This document shows positions 9,409-19,471 of a stretch of 64,000 bases of DNA, piece by piece (positions within the stretch are counted from its first letter, which is position 1; every line of letters starts with the position of its first letter). Both the position numbers and the translations under genes were made by a program. The DNA comes from a virus (lineage: Duplodnaviria; Caudoviricetes). A model generated the notes under the pieces. The model was not told the origin of the DNA, searched no databases, and saw only the letters and a list, made by a program, of their open reading frames with translations. The stretch lies in IMG/VR virus record IMGVR_UViG_3300043694_000018, positions 15,318 to 79,317 of that record, one strand, 5' to 3'.

Positions 9409-9881
9409 TGCTGAACCTCGGCGTGATCAGCCAGCCCTACCGCCACACCGGCCCGCGCTACACGGGCCGGGGCCGCGCCAAGCACAAGCGCTCAGGCGCG
9501 ACGCGCGGCATCTCGACCTACGAGGTCGCCCGCATCCTCGAACACAAGTACCACGTGATGGAGCACTTCTATCGCAAGCACGAGGATGAGATCACCCAGA
9601 TCATCATGGACGACTTGGACGAGGCAGCGCTCACGGCCCAGATGGGCGGCCCGGCCGAACTCGCCGAGGATTCCAGCGGCATGCAGAAGATCAGGGCGAT
9701 GTTCAACACGTTCCTCGACAGCAAGGAGATCGAGACCATGGGCGTGGCGGGCGTGCCGACCAAGGCGGCGCTGCACGGCGTCAGCCATCGCTTCAAGCAT
9801 CCCTACGCCCGGCGCGGACCACGCCCGAGCTTCATCGACACCGGCCTCTACGAGGCCTCTTTTCGCGCGTGGGTGGACTGA
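9405..9881 (+). CDS. Neck/tail-completion protein
   Basis: PRPSFIDTGLYEASFRAWVD C-terminus; coupled ATGA start. Confidence 0.55.
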   Translation: MMLNLGVISQPYRHTGPRYTGRGRAKHKRSGATRGISTYEVARILEHKYHVMEHFYRKHEDEITQIIMDDLDEAALTAQMGGPAELAEDSSGMQKIRAMFNTFLDSKEIETMGVAGVPTKAALHGVSHRFKHPYARRGPRPSFIDTGLYEASFRAWVD

Positions 9882-10231
9882 TGCCCCTGATGGTTGATCC
9901 CCGAGCGGTGAGCAGCGCCGACAGCGCCCGGCAGGACCGCTCCAGCCACATCCTGATGCCGGGCGCGGGCTACATGCGCATCGGGCCGCCGCCTGAGCCG
10001 CCCGTGGTGAAGCGCCACGCCTTCGACTGCGAGCCGCCCGCCAACCATGCCGACAAGGAGTGGCACGTGCTGAAGACGCCGGACGGCGAGGACTACGGGC
10101 CGATGCGCTGGCACGCCGACACCAAGGAGTGGGAGCCGGTCTCGCCGTTCGCGGGCAACCGGCTGGCGTGGACCTCGCGCTTCCTCGCGGCGTGGGGCTG
10201 GAGCTACGGGAAGCCACATGGCGACGATTGA
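9881..10231 (+). CDS. Hypothetical protein
   Basis: Start overlaps previous stop; typical codon bias. Confidence 0.5.
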   Translation: MPLMVDPRAVSSADSARQDRSSHILMPGAGYMRIGPPPEPPVVKRHAFDCEPPANHADKEWHVLKTPDGEDYGPMRWHADTKEWEPVSPFAGNRLAWTSRFLAAWGWSYGKPHGDD

Positions 10232-11213
10232 CGAAGTCGAAGAAAGCCGGACGGCGCTGGGGGCTGCCCTAAAAGCAGGGCTCGACACGCTCGACCTCAA
10301 CCAGACCATCACCTTCACCAAGTACGTGCGCACCATCCTGCCCTACGACGGCTGGGTGTTCTGGGTCGCCAAGGTGCCCGCCGAGACGATGGATGTGATG
10401 GGCGCGATCCACTACCTCAGCCAGTACAGCCAGAAGCAGGAATCGACCGGCGTCACCCATCGCGTGGTGTTCTCGGCCGAGAACGCGGTCAACGATCTCA
10501 ACGCCATCGCGCCGAACGAATGGTGGATCGCCAAGTTCGACGGCATCCAGTTCGCCTTCAGCCAGCGCGGCATGTACTTCCAGCAGGCCAACCTGCACCA
10601 CTATCTCGGTGACGCCGTCTACTCCTCGATGCAGCCGATGGTGCTCGATGACCCGGCGCAACTCGATCCCGACAGCGCCATCGTCTCGAACAGCCTGCCG
10701 ATCTGGCTCTACCTCAGCGGCTACGCGCCGCCATGGCACGTCGACATCCCGATGCCGCCGATCCCGCTCTACCCGAGCTTCCTCAGCCCGGCCAACATCA
10801 GCACGCCCTATGGCGTCGTCCATGTCGAGCCAGATCAGACGATGCCCTACGCCTCGGTGCCGTTTCTTAACAGCCGCTCAGATCACAGCCAGCTTTACCA
10901 CGACCGCGTGACGGTGACGCTCTACAACGTCAAGCACCGGCAGGCGATGGACTTCCTCGATGCGACGCTCCAGTTCAGCTACGACACCGACTACATGGGC
11001 ATCGTCGGCATGCCGCCTGCGGTACGCGACGACAAGGAAGTGCAGGCCGAACTGCTGACGCTGGCGATCAAGAAGCGCGTCGTCTTCGAGATCAGCTACT
11101 ACCAGAGCGTTGTTCGCAATCTCGCCCGCCAGTTGATCCTGCGCGCGCAGATGGGACTGTACGTCGACACCCAGCACATCGCCGACATCCCGATCATCCC
11201 GACGATCCCCTAG
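10218..11213 (+). CDS. Head-closure/tail-terminator-like structural protein
   Basis: 331 aa in the neck region; synteny with related myoviruses. Confidence 0.55.
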   Translation: MATIDEVEESRTALGAALKAGLDTLDLNQTITFTKYVRTILPYDGWVFWVAKVPAETMDVMGAIHYLSQYSQKQESTGVTHRVVFSAENAVNDLNAIAPNEWWIAKFDGIQFAFSQRGMYFQQANLHHYLGDAVYSSMQPMVLDDPAQLDPDSAIVSNSLPIWLYLSGYAPPWHVDIPMPPIPLYPSFLSPANISTPYGVVHVEPDQTMPYASVPFLNSRSDHSQLYHDRVTVTLYNVKHRQAMDFLDATLQFSYDTDYMGIVGMPPAVRDDKEVQAELLTLAIKKRVVFEISYYQSVVRNLARQLILRAQMGLYVDTQHIADIPIIPTIP

Positions 11214-11227
11214 AACAGGAGCCAACG

Positions 11228-11545
11228 ATGCCCCAAGCGATTCTCAACGCCTCGGTCTCCGAAGGCGGCAGCAAGACCGCGCTTCAGGTCAACTCGGCCC
11301 GCGTCATCAAGGCCGCGCCCGGCAACCTCGCGCGCATCATCGTGCAAGCGCCCGGCTCGGCCGGAAACCTGACGATCAATGACTGCGCTACCGTGGGCGC
11401 GGCGGCGGCGGCCAATCAGGTCATCACCATCGCCTTCGGTTCGCTCACCATCGGGCAGCAAATCTGGCTCGACATGCCGATGGCCACTGGGATCACCGTC
11501 AGCGCGATCCCAACCGCTGGCGTGATCTCGATCTCCTACAACTGA
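11228..11545 (+). CDS. Small virion beta-sandwich protein
   Basis: RBS AGGAG, 105 aa. Confidence 0.5.
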   Translation: MPQAILNASVSEGGSKTALQVNSARVIKAAPGNLARIIVQAPGSAGNLTINDCATVGAAAAANQVITIAFGSLTIGQQIWLDMPMATGITVSAIPTAGVISISYN

Positions 11546-11569
11546 TCCTTCCGACTCGGAGGCCGCCCC

Positions 11570-13213
11570 ATGGCGAACCCCATTGTCACTGTCCAAGTCT
11601 CACAGACTGTCGCGCCGACTCCGAGCAATCTTCAGAAGACCGGCGCGATCATCTCGTCGGGCGGCACGACGTTGTCTCAGGGCGCGACCCAGCTTCTGCT
11701 GAGCGACGCCGACCTCAACGCCATCCTGCCTGCGGCACTGGCGCTCACCACAGTCGCGTGGGCGGCGGGCGTCGTCACCGCGTCGACCGCTGCACCTCAT
11801 GGCAAGGCGACCGGCGCTACCTTCGTCAGCACCATCGCAGGCGTCACGCCGTCCGGCTTCAACGGCACGTTCAACTGCATCGCCACCGGGCCATCGGCGT
11901 TCACCTACTACGTCGCTGCCAACCCCGGCTTGCAGACCGTGGCGGGCACCTACTCGAACCCGGCGGGCGAGCAGGTCAACGCCATGGTCGACACCTTCTT
12001 CGGCCAAGGCTCACAGCAGGGCGTGTACGTGCTCGAACTGGGCTCGGGCTCGGTCGCCACGCAGGTCTCCAACCTGCAAAATTTCATCAACAACAGCGAC
12101 CAGATGTTCTACAGCTACCTCGTGCCGCGCGAGTGGGACGCTGACCCCGCCTTCCTCGCGCTGATCGCCCAGTACGAGACCACGACAGCGAAGACCTACT
12201 TCTTCGTCACCACCACGCTGGCAACCTACAGCCAGTACACGGCGCAGATGAAGGACGTGGTCGCGCTGATCGAGGCCCCGCAGTACGGCATCTGGCCGGG
12301 CGTGACGTTCGCCTCGGCGACGTGGGCCGGTGGCACCGTCACGGCGGCGACCACCACCGCCCACGGCATCAAGCCGGGCGACTGGTTCCAGACCATTGGC
12401 ATGGCACCCGCAGGCTACAACGGCATCTGGCGCGCGCTGCCCGGCACCACCGGCACGGCGCTCTCGTGGGCGATGAGCAATCCGGGCGGGCCTGCGACCA
12501 CACCGGGCTCGGTCAAGCAGAGCGTCTACGGCTCCGTGGGCATCCCTGCAACCGAGTTCACCATGGCGGCGGCGTGGTGGGTGACGCTGAACTATGCGCC
12601 CGGCGCGGCCAACAAGGTGCCGCCCTACGCCTACAGCTACCTGTACGGCGTGACGCGCTTCCCTTCGCCGGGCAACGGGCCGCTGTTCTCCGCGCTCAAG
12701 CTGGCGAACGTCAACATCGTCGGCACCGGAGCGGAAGGCGGCATCGGCAACAACATCCTGATCTACGGTCACACGATGGATGGTCGGCCGTGGAACTACT
12801 GGTATTCGGTGGACTGGATGCAGATCAACATCGACCTCGACATCTCCAACGCCATCATCAACGGGTCGAACAACTTCATCAATCCGCTCTACTACAATCA
12901 GGATGGCATCAACCGCCTCGAAGCGGTCGCGGCCAACACCGGCACCAACGGCATCGCCTACGGTCTGGCGCTGGGCGCGGTCAGGCAGGTCTCGCTCGAT
13001 CCCGCCGTCTTCACCGACAACATCAACAAGGGCGTGTACGCGGGTCTGCTGGTCGTGAACGCCATCCCGTTCCCGTCCTACACGGCGGCGCACCCGAGCC
13101 ACTACGCCATCGGCGAGTACGACGGGCTCAGCATGGTCTACACGCCGCTCCGAGGCTTCGAGCACATCGTGTTCAACATCGTCGTCACCGACTTCGTGGC
13201 GGCGGCGGCGTGA
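11570..13213 (+). CDS. Tail sheath protein (DUF3383-like) with two inserted beta-domains
   Basis: MANPIVTVQVS start; YWYSVDW.QIN.DL.ISNAIING; C-terminal YTPLRGFEHIVFNI. Confidence 0.8.
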   Translation: MANPIVTVQVSQTVAPTPSNLQKTGAIISSGGTTLSQGATQLLLSDADLNAILPAALALTTVAWAAGVVTASTAAPHGKATGATFVSTIAGVTPSGFNGTFNCIATGPSAFTYYVAANPGLQTVAGTYSNPAGEQVNAMVDTFFGQGSQQGVYVLELGSGSVATQVSNLQNFINNSDQMFYSYLVPREWDADPAFLALIAQYETTTAKTYFFVTTTLATYSQYTAQMKDVVALIEAPQYGIWPGVTFASATWAGGTVTAATTTAHGIKPGDWFQTIGMAPAGYNGIWRALPGTTGTALSWAMSNPGGPATTPGSVKQSVYGSVGIPATEFTMAAAWWVTLNYAPGAANKVPPYAYSYLYGVTRFPSPGNGPLFSALKLANVNIVGTGAEGGIGNNILIYGHTMDGRPWNYWYSVDWMQINIDLDISNAIINGSNNFINPLYYNQDGINRLEAVAANTGTNGIAYGLALGAVRQVSLDPAVFTDNINKGVYAGLLVVNAIPFPSYTAAHPSHYAIGEYDGLSMVYTPLRGFEHIVFNIVVTDFVAAAA

Positions 13214-13224
13214 GGAGATGATCT

Positions 13225-13680
13225 ATGGCTGACCCACTCGTTGCGCTGGGCTCGCTCAACCGGCTCCGCGCGTCCATCTACTGGAACAGCTTCCCGCAAC
13301 TCAACATCACCGCGTCGTTCCTCGGCGTCGATGGCATCCGCCTCGGCCTCGACGGCGGCGCGGTGGCCTTCCTGCCCGCAATGACGGGCACGGTGGCGAG
13401 CCCCGAGCCGTACCAGATGATCACGCTTTCGGCGAACCTGCTGAAGACCCAGCAGCTTGCCGAACTGTACAAGAACCAGATGGAGGTCGACGCCCGCATC
13501 GGCGATGGCACGGTCTACCCCGACGTAGCGATCAGCCAGAACGGGCTCGGCGTCTACATGGTGCGCAACTGCGCCATCGAGTCGGTGGCTGAGCTTGCCT
13601 TCTCCGGCACCGACGCGGGCTTCCGCGTCACCATGCGCGGCTACTACCTGATCAACTCCAGCCTGTGGGGCTCGGGATGA
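13225..13680 (+). CDS. Tail tube protein
   Basis: 151 aa directly after the sheath gene. Confidence 0.7.
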   Translation: MADPLVALGSLNRLRASIYWNSFPQLNITASFLGVDGIRLGLDGGAVAFLPAMTGTVASPEPYQMITLSANLLKTQQLAELYKNQMEVDARIGDGTVYPDVAISQNGLGVYMVRNCAIESVAELAFSGTDAGFRVTMRGYYLINSSLWGSG

Positions 13681-13835
13681 ACCTGCTGTGGCTGCTGATC
13701 GTCATCCTGCTGATCTTCGCCGTGCTGGGCGCACCGCGCTGGCCCTACGCGCAGTCGTGGGGCTGGTATCCTTCGGGCGGGCTGGGGCTGGTCGTGATCA
13801 TTCTTCTCATCCTGTTGCTGATGGGCAGACTGTGA
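13677..13835 (+). CDS. Small membrane protein, DUF3309-like (52 aa)
   Basis: Translated by hand: MNLLWLLIVILLIFAVLGAPRWPYAQSWGWYPSGGLGLVVIILLILLLMGRL. Confidence 0.75.
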   Translation: MNLLWLLIVILLIFAVLGAPRWPYAQSWGWYPSGGLGLVVIILLILLLMGRL

Positions 13836-13843
13836 GGTGAGCC

Positions 13844-14014
13844 ATGTCACTCGGTCTCGCGTTCTGGATTTTGATGTTGATCTGGCTGGTCTTCGGCTTC
13901 GCGTGGCACTGGGGCGTGATGGGGCCATACGGCCCGTGGGGCTTCAGCCTCCTGCTGTTCATCCTGCTGGCGCTGCTCGGCTGGCACGCCTTCGGCCCGC
14001 CGTTGCACGGCTGA
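13844..14014 (+). CDS. Small two-TM membrane protein (56 aa)
   Basis: MSLGLAFWILMLIWLVFGFAWHWGVMGPYGPWGFSLLLFILLALLGWHAFGPPLHG; RBS GAGGTGAG. Confidence 0.7.
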   Translation: MSLGLAFWILMLIWLVFGFAWHWGVMGPYGPWGFSLLLFILLALLGWHAFGPPLHG

Positions 14015-14038
14015 TCGCAGGAGGCCTATAAAGCGGGC

Positions 14039-14623
14039 ATGGCAAAACTCGACCGGCGGCTCAACCTCGTCCTATCCGTCACGACCGACGATGGCGCGGA
14101 GATGTGGGTCCACCACACGCCGATCCGCCGCGAGGTCTTCCAGACCCACTTCCTCGTCATCACCAAGACCGTGTCGGCGATGTACGAGGAGGGCCTGCCG
14201 CCGAACATCGCCTCGCGCGTCGCCATGCTGATGCTGCGCAAGGTCGCCAAGGACATGGGCACGCCGATCCCCGAGCAGGTCGAGCAGGCGCTCCTGCCTG
14301 AACTGTGGCGGCTCACCAACGTCATGATCCCCAACCCCAACGGTGCCGCAGGCTGGCTGACGGTGCCGCTGGAGAAGGTGATCGCCGACAAGGTGATCGA
14401 TGAGGAGGATGCCGAGGAGGTGAAGAACCACGTGGTTTTTTTTACCTGCGCCTCTTGGGTCCACAAGAAGAACGAGTTGGAGGAGATGATCTATCCGATC
14501 CTGCAAAACTCCGGCTCGCAGATCACATCATTGAACTCTACGGACTTCAGGCCGTCCTCGCCGACATCGACGCCGGTCGAGAATACTGGCGAGACGGCGA
14601 CAGCCTCGTCCATTCCATCCTAG
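14039..14623 (+). CDS. Tail assembly chaperone
   Basis: Lies between tube and tape measure genes. Confidence 0.7.
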   Translation: MAKLDRRLNLVLSVTTDDGAEMWVHHTPIRREVFQTHFLVITKTVSAMYEEGLPPNIASRVAMLMLRKVAKDMGTPIPEQVEQALLPELWRLTNVMIPNPNGAAGWLTVPLEKVIADKVIDEEDAEEVKNHVVFFTCASWVHKKNELEEMIYPILQNSGSQITSLNSTDFRPSSPTSTPVENTGETATASSIPS

Positions 14624-14748
14624 ACTGGGTCGTCACCGAGGGCTGGGACGCCTTCTTCAGGCGCGTCCAAGAATGGGACTGGGCCTCGGCCACCGACTAT
14701 CGCAACCGCCACCTGATCGCGCTCGGCAAGGCGCTCGCCGGGAGATGA
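14436..14748 (+). CDS. -1 frameshift extension of the tail chaperone (G/GT-like)
   Basis: T8 run at 14436-14443; the -1 frame is open to 14748. Confidence 0.5.
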
Positions 14749-14751
14749 CGC

Positions 14752-16806
14752 ATGGCCGTCAACGCTCACGCTCAAGCCATCTTCAGCACTCAGGTCAACC
14801 CGTCGCTCGTGCCGGGTGCGACGACTGGGCCACAGCAGCCCAGCGCGCAGTCGCTGACGCCCGCAAATCAGGCCATGCAGAAGTGGCAACAGGCGCAGAA
14901 GCAGGCGCTGGACCTGTCGAAGCAATTCCTCAAGACGATGCAGGACCTGACGAAGGCGATCCAGTCGCTGCAACAGACGCTGGTGAAGATGGTGCCGCAA
15001 ATCGCGGCGGCGGCGCAGCACACCAAGATGATGATGCACCACGCCAGCGGCACGGAGCGCCACTGGAAGAAGATCAAGGAGCACGCCGCCAGCTATTACG
15101 ACCACGTCAAGGGCGCGACGCTGCACCTGCTGAAGTGGACCGGCATCTTCGGGCTGGTCGGTGGCGTTCTCGGCAGCTTCACAACCCTGTTCGGCTTGTC
15201 TTCGCTGGCCGCCGGGGTACGCGCCGAGAAGCGCGAGGCCGCAGGCCTTGGACTGGGCAGCGGTGAGAAGGCGGTGCTGGAGTCCTCGTTCCGGGGCATC
15301 TTCCCTGACGTGGGCGGGATCATGAGCGGCGTTGGCCGCGCCAAGGGCAACTACCGTTCGCCGGAGGCCCGCGCGTTCCGTCGCTTGGGGCTCGATGCGC
15401 GCACCATGAGCCCGTTCCAGATGAATCAAGCGATCCTGCGCAGGGTGTTCCAGATCGCCGACACGGTGCCCGAGGCGCAGTGGACGACCGTGCTCAAGAA
15501 CCAGCATCTCCAAGAGTTCGGCATCACCGAGGAGACGGTGCGACAGGCGCACGCCGCGACACCCGAGCAGCGCCGCAAGGCGTGGGCCGGGATGTCGCCC
15601 GAGGAGGTCAAGCGGAAGGGGCTGACGCCGGGCGCGCAGGACAAGTGGACCGACTTCGCCAACTTCTGGGAGGACGCCGGTCGGCGCATCAAGGTTGCGC
15701 TGATCAACAACCTCGACAAGATCATGCCGCAACTGGAGAAGCTGCTCGCCAACATCGAGCGCTGGATCACCGACTTCTTCGAGGGCGACAGTTTCGAGAA
15801 GCTGGTCAACTCCATCACGGCGGGCCTCAAGGACTTCACCGAGTACCTCGGCAGCCAGCAGTTCAAGGACGACGTGAAAGCCTTCAAAGATGGCTTCCGC
15901 GACGTTGTCGATTTTATGAAGCGCTGGTTCGGGCCGAGCGATCCGACGCTCGATCCCGAGGGCCATCCGGGCGGCACCGACGAGAGCATCAGCGAGGAGG
16001 AGATGCTGCGCAGGCGCGCCCGCACCAAGAAGTGGTGGAAAGAGAACATGCCGTCGTGGCTCGGTGGCGAGGCGAAGCCCTCGACCGAACTGGACGAAGA
16101 AGGCCATCCCATCGAACCGCCCAGCGGGCCGAAGGTCCGGCCGGGGCCGGGCCGCTCGGTCAACCCGCGCAACTTTCGCGCGCGCATGGGCTGGGGGCCT
16201 GACCCGGCGAACGACAACACAGGTGGCGCACGCGGCGGCGCGCGCACGCCGGGCAGCGGCGGCGGCAAGGTCGGCATCTCCGGTCAGGTGCGTGGCACGG
16301 CCGATCAGGCGATGAAGTTCTTCATCGAGCGTGGCTGGAGCAAGGATCAAGCCGCTGGCATCGTCGCCAACCTGATCGAGGAGTCGGGGCTCGACCCCAA
16401 CATCGGCGGCGACAACGGCAAGGCCTACGGCATCGGCCAGTGGTGGCCGGATCGACAGGCGCAGTTCCAGAAGATTTTCGGCAAGTCGATCAAGGGATCG
16501 AGCTTCATGGAGCAGCTTGCCTTCGTGGACTGGGAACTCGGCCACACCGAGGCCAAGGCGGGCAACCTCCTGCGTGGCGCGGGCTCGGCGCGTGACGCCG
16601 GAGCCATCGTGTCGCGCTACTACGAGCGCCCGGCGGCGGTGCAGGAAGCGATGAACAAGCGCGGTGGCATGGCCGACGCGCTGGTCGGCGGGACAGGACA
16701 GGTGTTCGACGTGAACCTCAACATCAACGACAGCGCAGGCGGCAACGTCACCTACGCCGCCGCTCCCATCGGGCTGCGCGGGCGGCCGAGGCATGTCCGG
16801 CGATGA
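14752..16806 (+). CDS. Tape measure protein with C-terminal phage tail lysozyme
   Basis: Helical N-terminus; AAGIVANLIEESGLDP..AYGIGQW lysozyme motif. Confidence 0.8.
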   Translation: MAVNAHAQAIFSTQVNPSLVPGATTGPQQPSAQSLTPANQAMQKWQQAQKQALDLSKQFLKTMQDLTKAIQSLQQTLVKMVPQIAAAAQHTKMMMHHASGTERHWKKIKEHAASYYDHVKGATLHLLKWTGIFGLVGGVLGSFTTLFGLSSLAAGVRAEKREAAGLGLGSGEKAVLESSFRGIFPDVGGIMSGVGRAKGNYRSPEARAFRRLGLDARTMSPFQMNQAILRRVFQIADTVPEAQWTTVLKNQHLQEFGITEETVRQAHAATPEQRRKAWAGMSPEEVKRKGLTPGAQDKWTDFANFWEDAGRRIKVALINNLDKIMPQLEKLLANIERWITDFFEGDSFEKLVNSITAGLKDFTEYLGSQQFKDDVKAFKDGFRDVVDFMKRWFGPSDPTLDPEGHPGGTDESISEEEMLRRRARTKKWWKENMPSWLGGEAKPSTELDEEGHPIEPPSGPKVRPGPGRSVNPRNFRARMGWGPDPANDNTGGARGGARTPGSGGGKVGISGQVRGTADQAMKFFIERGWSKDQAAGIVANLIEESGLDPNIGGDNGKAYGIGQWWPDRQAQFQKIFGKSIKGSSFMEQLAFVDWELGHTEAKAGNLLRGAGSARDAGAIVSRYYERPAAVQEAMNKRGGMADALVGGTGQVFDVNLNINDSAGGNVTYAAAPIGLRGRPRHVRR

Positions 16807-17633
16807 CGCCCGGCCTCAGCGCGTTCCAGATGGCGTATGAGATTTCGCCGATCATCCTCGTCGGCGGCATCGCCGACAAGATACCCGGCCAGATGCTGCC
16901 GATCATCTCGATCACCGAGCCGGGCAATCTGCTGACCGGCTTGGTCAGCGGCGGCGATCCGCTCAGCCTCGACAACTTCTTCGCCCACTACATCCCGCTG
17001 CCGGGCTCGTCGCTGATCGACCAAGACATCGCCCAGTACCCGTTTGCCAACCAGACCGTCGCGGCGAACTCGGTGATGACCAAGGCGCTCAACATCAGCT
17101 TCCAGATGATCGCGCCCGCCAAGGGTCGCTTCAGCTACGTCAGCAAGATGCCCATCATCATGATGCTCCAGAAGACGCTGGAGAATCACAACGCGACTGG
17201 CGGCACCTACACGCTGCTGACGCCGTCGTTCATCTACCTCAACTGCCTGATGGTCTCGATGCGCGACACCTCGCAGGGAGCCACCAAGCAGGTTCAGAAC
17301 ACGTGGCAACTCGACTTCCAGAAGCCGCTGATCACCGTGCAGGACGCGGTCGGTATCTCGGGCGCGCTCAACGGCCTCATGCGCAAGCTGAGCGCCGGAA
17401 GCTCGATGGACGGCGAGATCAGCACGTCAGGCTTCGATCCGGCATCGGGTGCTGCCACACCCGAGGGCCAGACCGATGTCATCCGCTCGTCGCCCGGCAA
17501 GGTGGCGGTGCCCTACGATCTCAACCAGCAGCCCACCCAGATTGTCGGCTGGCCCCGGCCGGGCATCTTGGGCAACCCGGACACGGGCGTCGGCTTGGGC
17601 ACGCAGGCCATCGGCAATCAGGGGCCGATCTGA
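16803..17633 (+). CDS. Tail tube initiator/baseplate protein
   Basis: Synteny after the tape measure gene. Confidence 0.55.
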   Translation: MTPGLSAFQMAYEISPIILVGGIADKIPGQMLPIISITEPGNLLTGLVSGGDPLSLDNFFAHYIPLPGSSLIDQDIAQYPFANQTVAANSVMTKALNISFQMIAPAKGRFSYVSKMPIIMMLQKTLENHNATGGTYTLLTPSFIYLNCLMVSMRDTSQGATKQVQNTWQLDFQKPLITVQDAVGISGALNGLMRKLSAGSSMDGEISTSGFDPASGAATPEGQTDVIRSSPGKVAVPYDLNQQPTQIVGWPRPGILGNPDTGVGLGTQAIGNQGPI

Positions 17634-18130
17634 TGCAGTTCATCCCCTTCACACCCTCCCGCGTTGGCGGCGTCGTGCCGTTCCAGTTCAGCCCGACCAT
17701 CGACGGCGAGACCATGGACGCCATCGTGACGTGGAACGCCGCAGGCCAGCGCTGGTACGTCACGCTCGTCAACTCCTCGGGCGATGTCATCTTCCACATG
17801 GCGCTGGCGGGCGCGCCGCTCGGCCAGACCATCGAGACGCTGGAGTGGCAGAGCGGACATGCGCTTGGCACGACGGTCGTGCCGTTCAGCTTCCGCATCG
17901 GCAACACCTACGACCTCGCGATCTACGACTGCGCGCCGAACGGCTACAACGGCAGGCATCGCGTGCTGATGACCGGGCCGAACTCGTTCAGCTACGCCTT
18001 GCCAATCGACCCCGGCCTGCTCACCAACGCGGGCTCGATCACTTTCGATCTCGACATGCTGGCGGGCTACGGCTTCAACAGCACGATGGTCTATCGCTCG
18101 CCGACCTCGATGTTCGAGATCAACCCATGA
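17633..18130 (+). CDS. Baseplate plug-like protein
   Basis: FQFSPTIDG..WNAAGQRWYV motif. Confidence 0.6.
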   Translation: MQFIPFTPSRVGGVVPFQFSPTIDGETMDAIVTWNAAGQRWYVTLVNSSGDVIFHMALAGAPLGQTIETLEWQSGHALGTTVVPFSFRIGNTYDLAIYDCAPNGYNGRHRVLMTGPNSFSYALPIDPGLLTNAGSITFDLDMLAGYGFNSTMVYRSPTSMFEINP

Positions 18131-19464
18131 GATGGTACGAGATCGTCATCAAGTTCAAGGACGGGTCGGTGTACCAGCCGCCCTCAATGAAGGGCTTGAA
18201 GCTGCGCAAGGGCGTGAGCTATGGCAGCGTCGACAACCAAGGCAACGCGCTGACCTCGGCGCTGCACATCCAACTCAACGTGCCGGTCAACGAGATCGGG
18301 GCCATCGAGGCCGACGACGGCGTGATGCTGCACATCTTCAACGTCGGCATCGAGGACATCGCCAAAGGCAACACGCTGACCGACGCCTACATCGAAGTGC
18401 GCGGCGGCATGATGCAGCCCGGCCTGCCGCTCGCCGTGCCGAAGAAGCCCAGCGTGCTGGTGTCGGGCTCGATCTGGTCAGCGTTCGGCAACTGGGTCGG
18501 CACCCAGACCGAGATGTGCCTCATCATCTCCGATCCGCTGCAAGGCATGGCTGACCAGAAGCCCGACATCACCTTCAACTGGCCGGACGGCACGCCGCTC
18601 GCTGATGCCATCGAGCAGATGATGACGGCGGCGTTCCCTGAGTACGAGATCAGCATCGCGATCAGCGACCAACTCAAGGTCAAGGGCCAGCAGGTCGGGT
18701 TCTATGGCACGTTCAACCAATTCTCGATGCAAATCATCCAGTTCTCGAAGGACAAGCAGTTCCGGGGCATCAAGACGTTGGACGGCAGCCCCTACGACGG
18801 CGTGAAGATCGTGAAGGACCCGGCTGCCAACAAGATCACCGTGTCGGACGGCACGCAGAAGGCCAACCAGTGGACGAAAGATCGGCCGCACCAGATCGAC
18901 TTCATCGACCTGATCGGCCAGCCGACATGGATCGAGCCCGAGGTCATCACCTTCGCCACCGTGCTGCGCGGCGATATTCGGCTCGGCGACTACGTCAAGC
19001 TGCCTGCCGGGCTCAAGCTGCCCTACGTGACGACGACGGATCGCGGCGCACCGAATCCGGTGGGCGTCGGGGCCGAGCAGGACCCGTCGCGCAACAACGT
19101 GGCGCTCAAGGGCACCTTCCTCATCGTCTCCATCGAGCACTACATGATGTTCCGGCAGCCTGACGCGAACTCGTGGGTGACGATCTTCCAAGGCGAAGCG
19201 GAGATGCAGCAGAAGGTCGGTGACGGCACGACCTCGATCTCAGGTGGGGCCGAGGCCACAACGCCCTCACTCATCGAGCAGGCCTTCAACGCACCGACCG
19301 GCACGACCGTCACCGATCCCAAGATCGTCGCCGCCTTCAATCAAGGTACGATCACGGCCAAGCCGGGCATCAACGCCTCCGTCGCCGCAGGCGCGGGCGT
19401 CGATCCCAAGAAGCCCGACCCCATCGAGCCCAAGAACCCGACACCCGCCGTCTGGCCCGGATAG
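18127..19464 (+). CDS. Baseplate hub
   Basis: MRWYEIVI start; DLIGQPTWI..LRGDIRLGDYV. Confidence 0.65.
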   Translation: MRWYEIVIKFKDGSVYQPPSMKGLKLRKGVSYGSVDNQGNALTSALHIQLNVPVNEIGAIEADDGVMLHIFNVGIEDIAKGNTLTDAYIEVRGGMMQPGLPLAVPKKPSVLVSGSIWSAFGNWVGTQTEMCLIISDPLQGMADQKPDITFNWPDGTPLADAIEQMMTAAFPEYEISIAISDQLKVKGQQVGFYGTFNQFSMQIIQFSKDKQFRGIKTLDGSPYDGVKIVKDPAANKITVSDGTQKANQWTKDRPHQIDFIDLIGQPTWIEPEVITFATVLRGDIRLGDYVKLPAGLKLPYVTTTDRGAPNPVGVGAEQDPSRNNVALKGTFLIVSIEHYMMFRQPDANSWVTIFQGEAEMQQKVGDGTTSISGGAEATTPSLIEQAFNAPTGTTVTDPKIVAAFNQGTITAKPGINASVAAGAGVDPKKPDPIEPKNPTPAVWPG

Positions 19465-19471
19465 AGGAACG

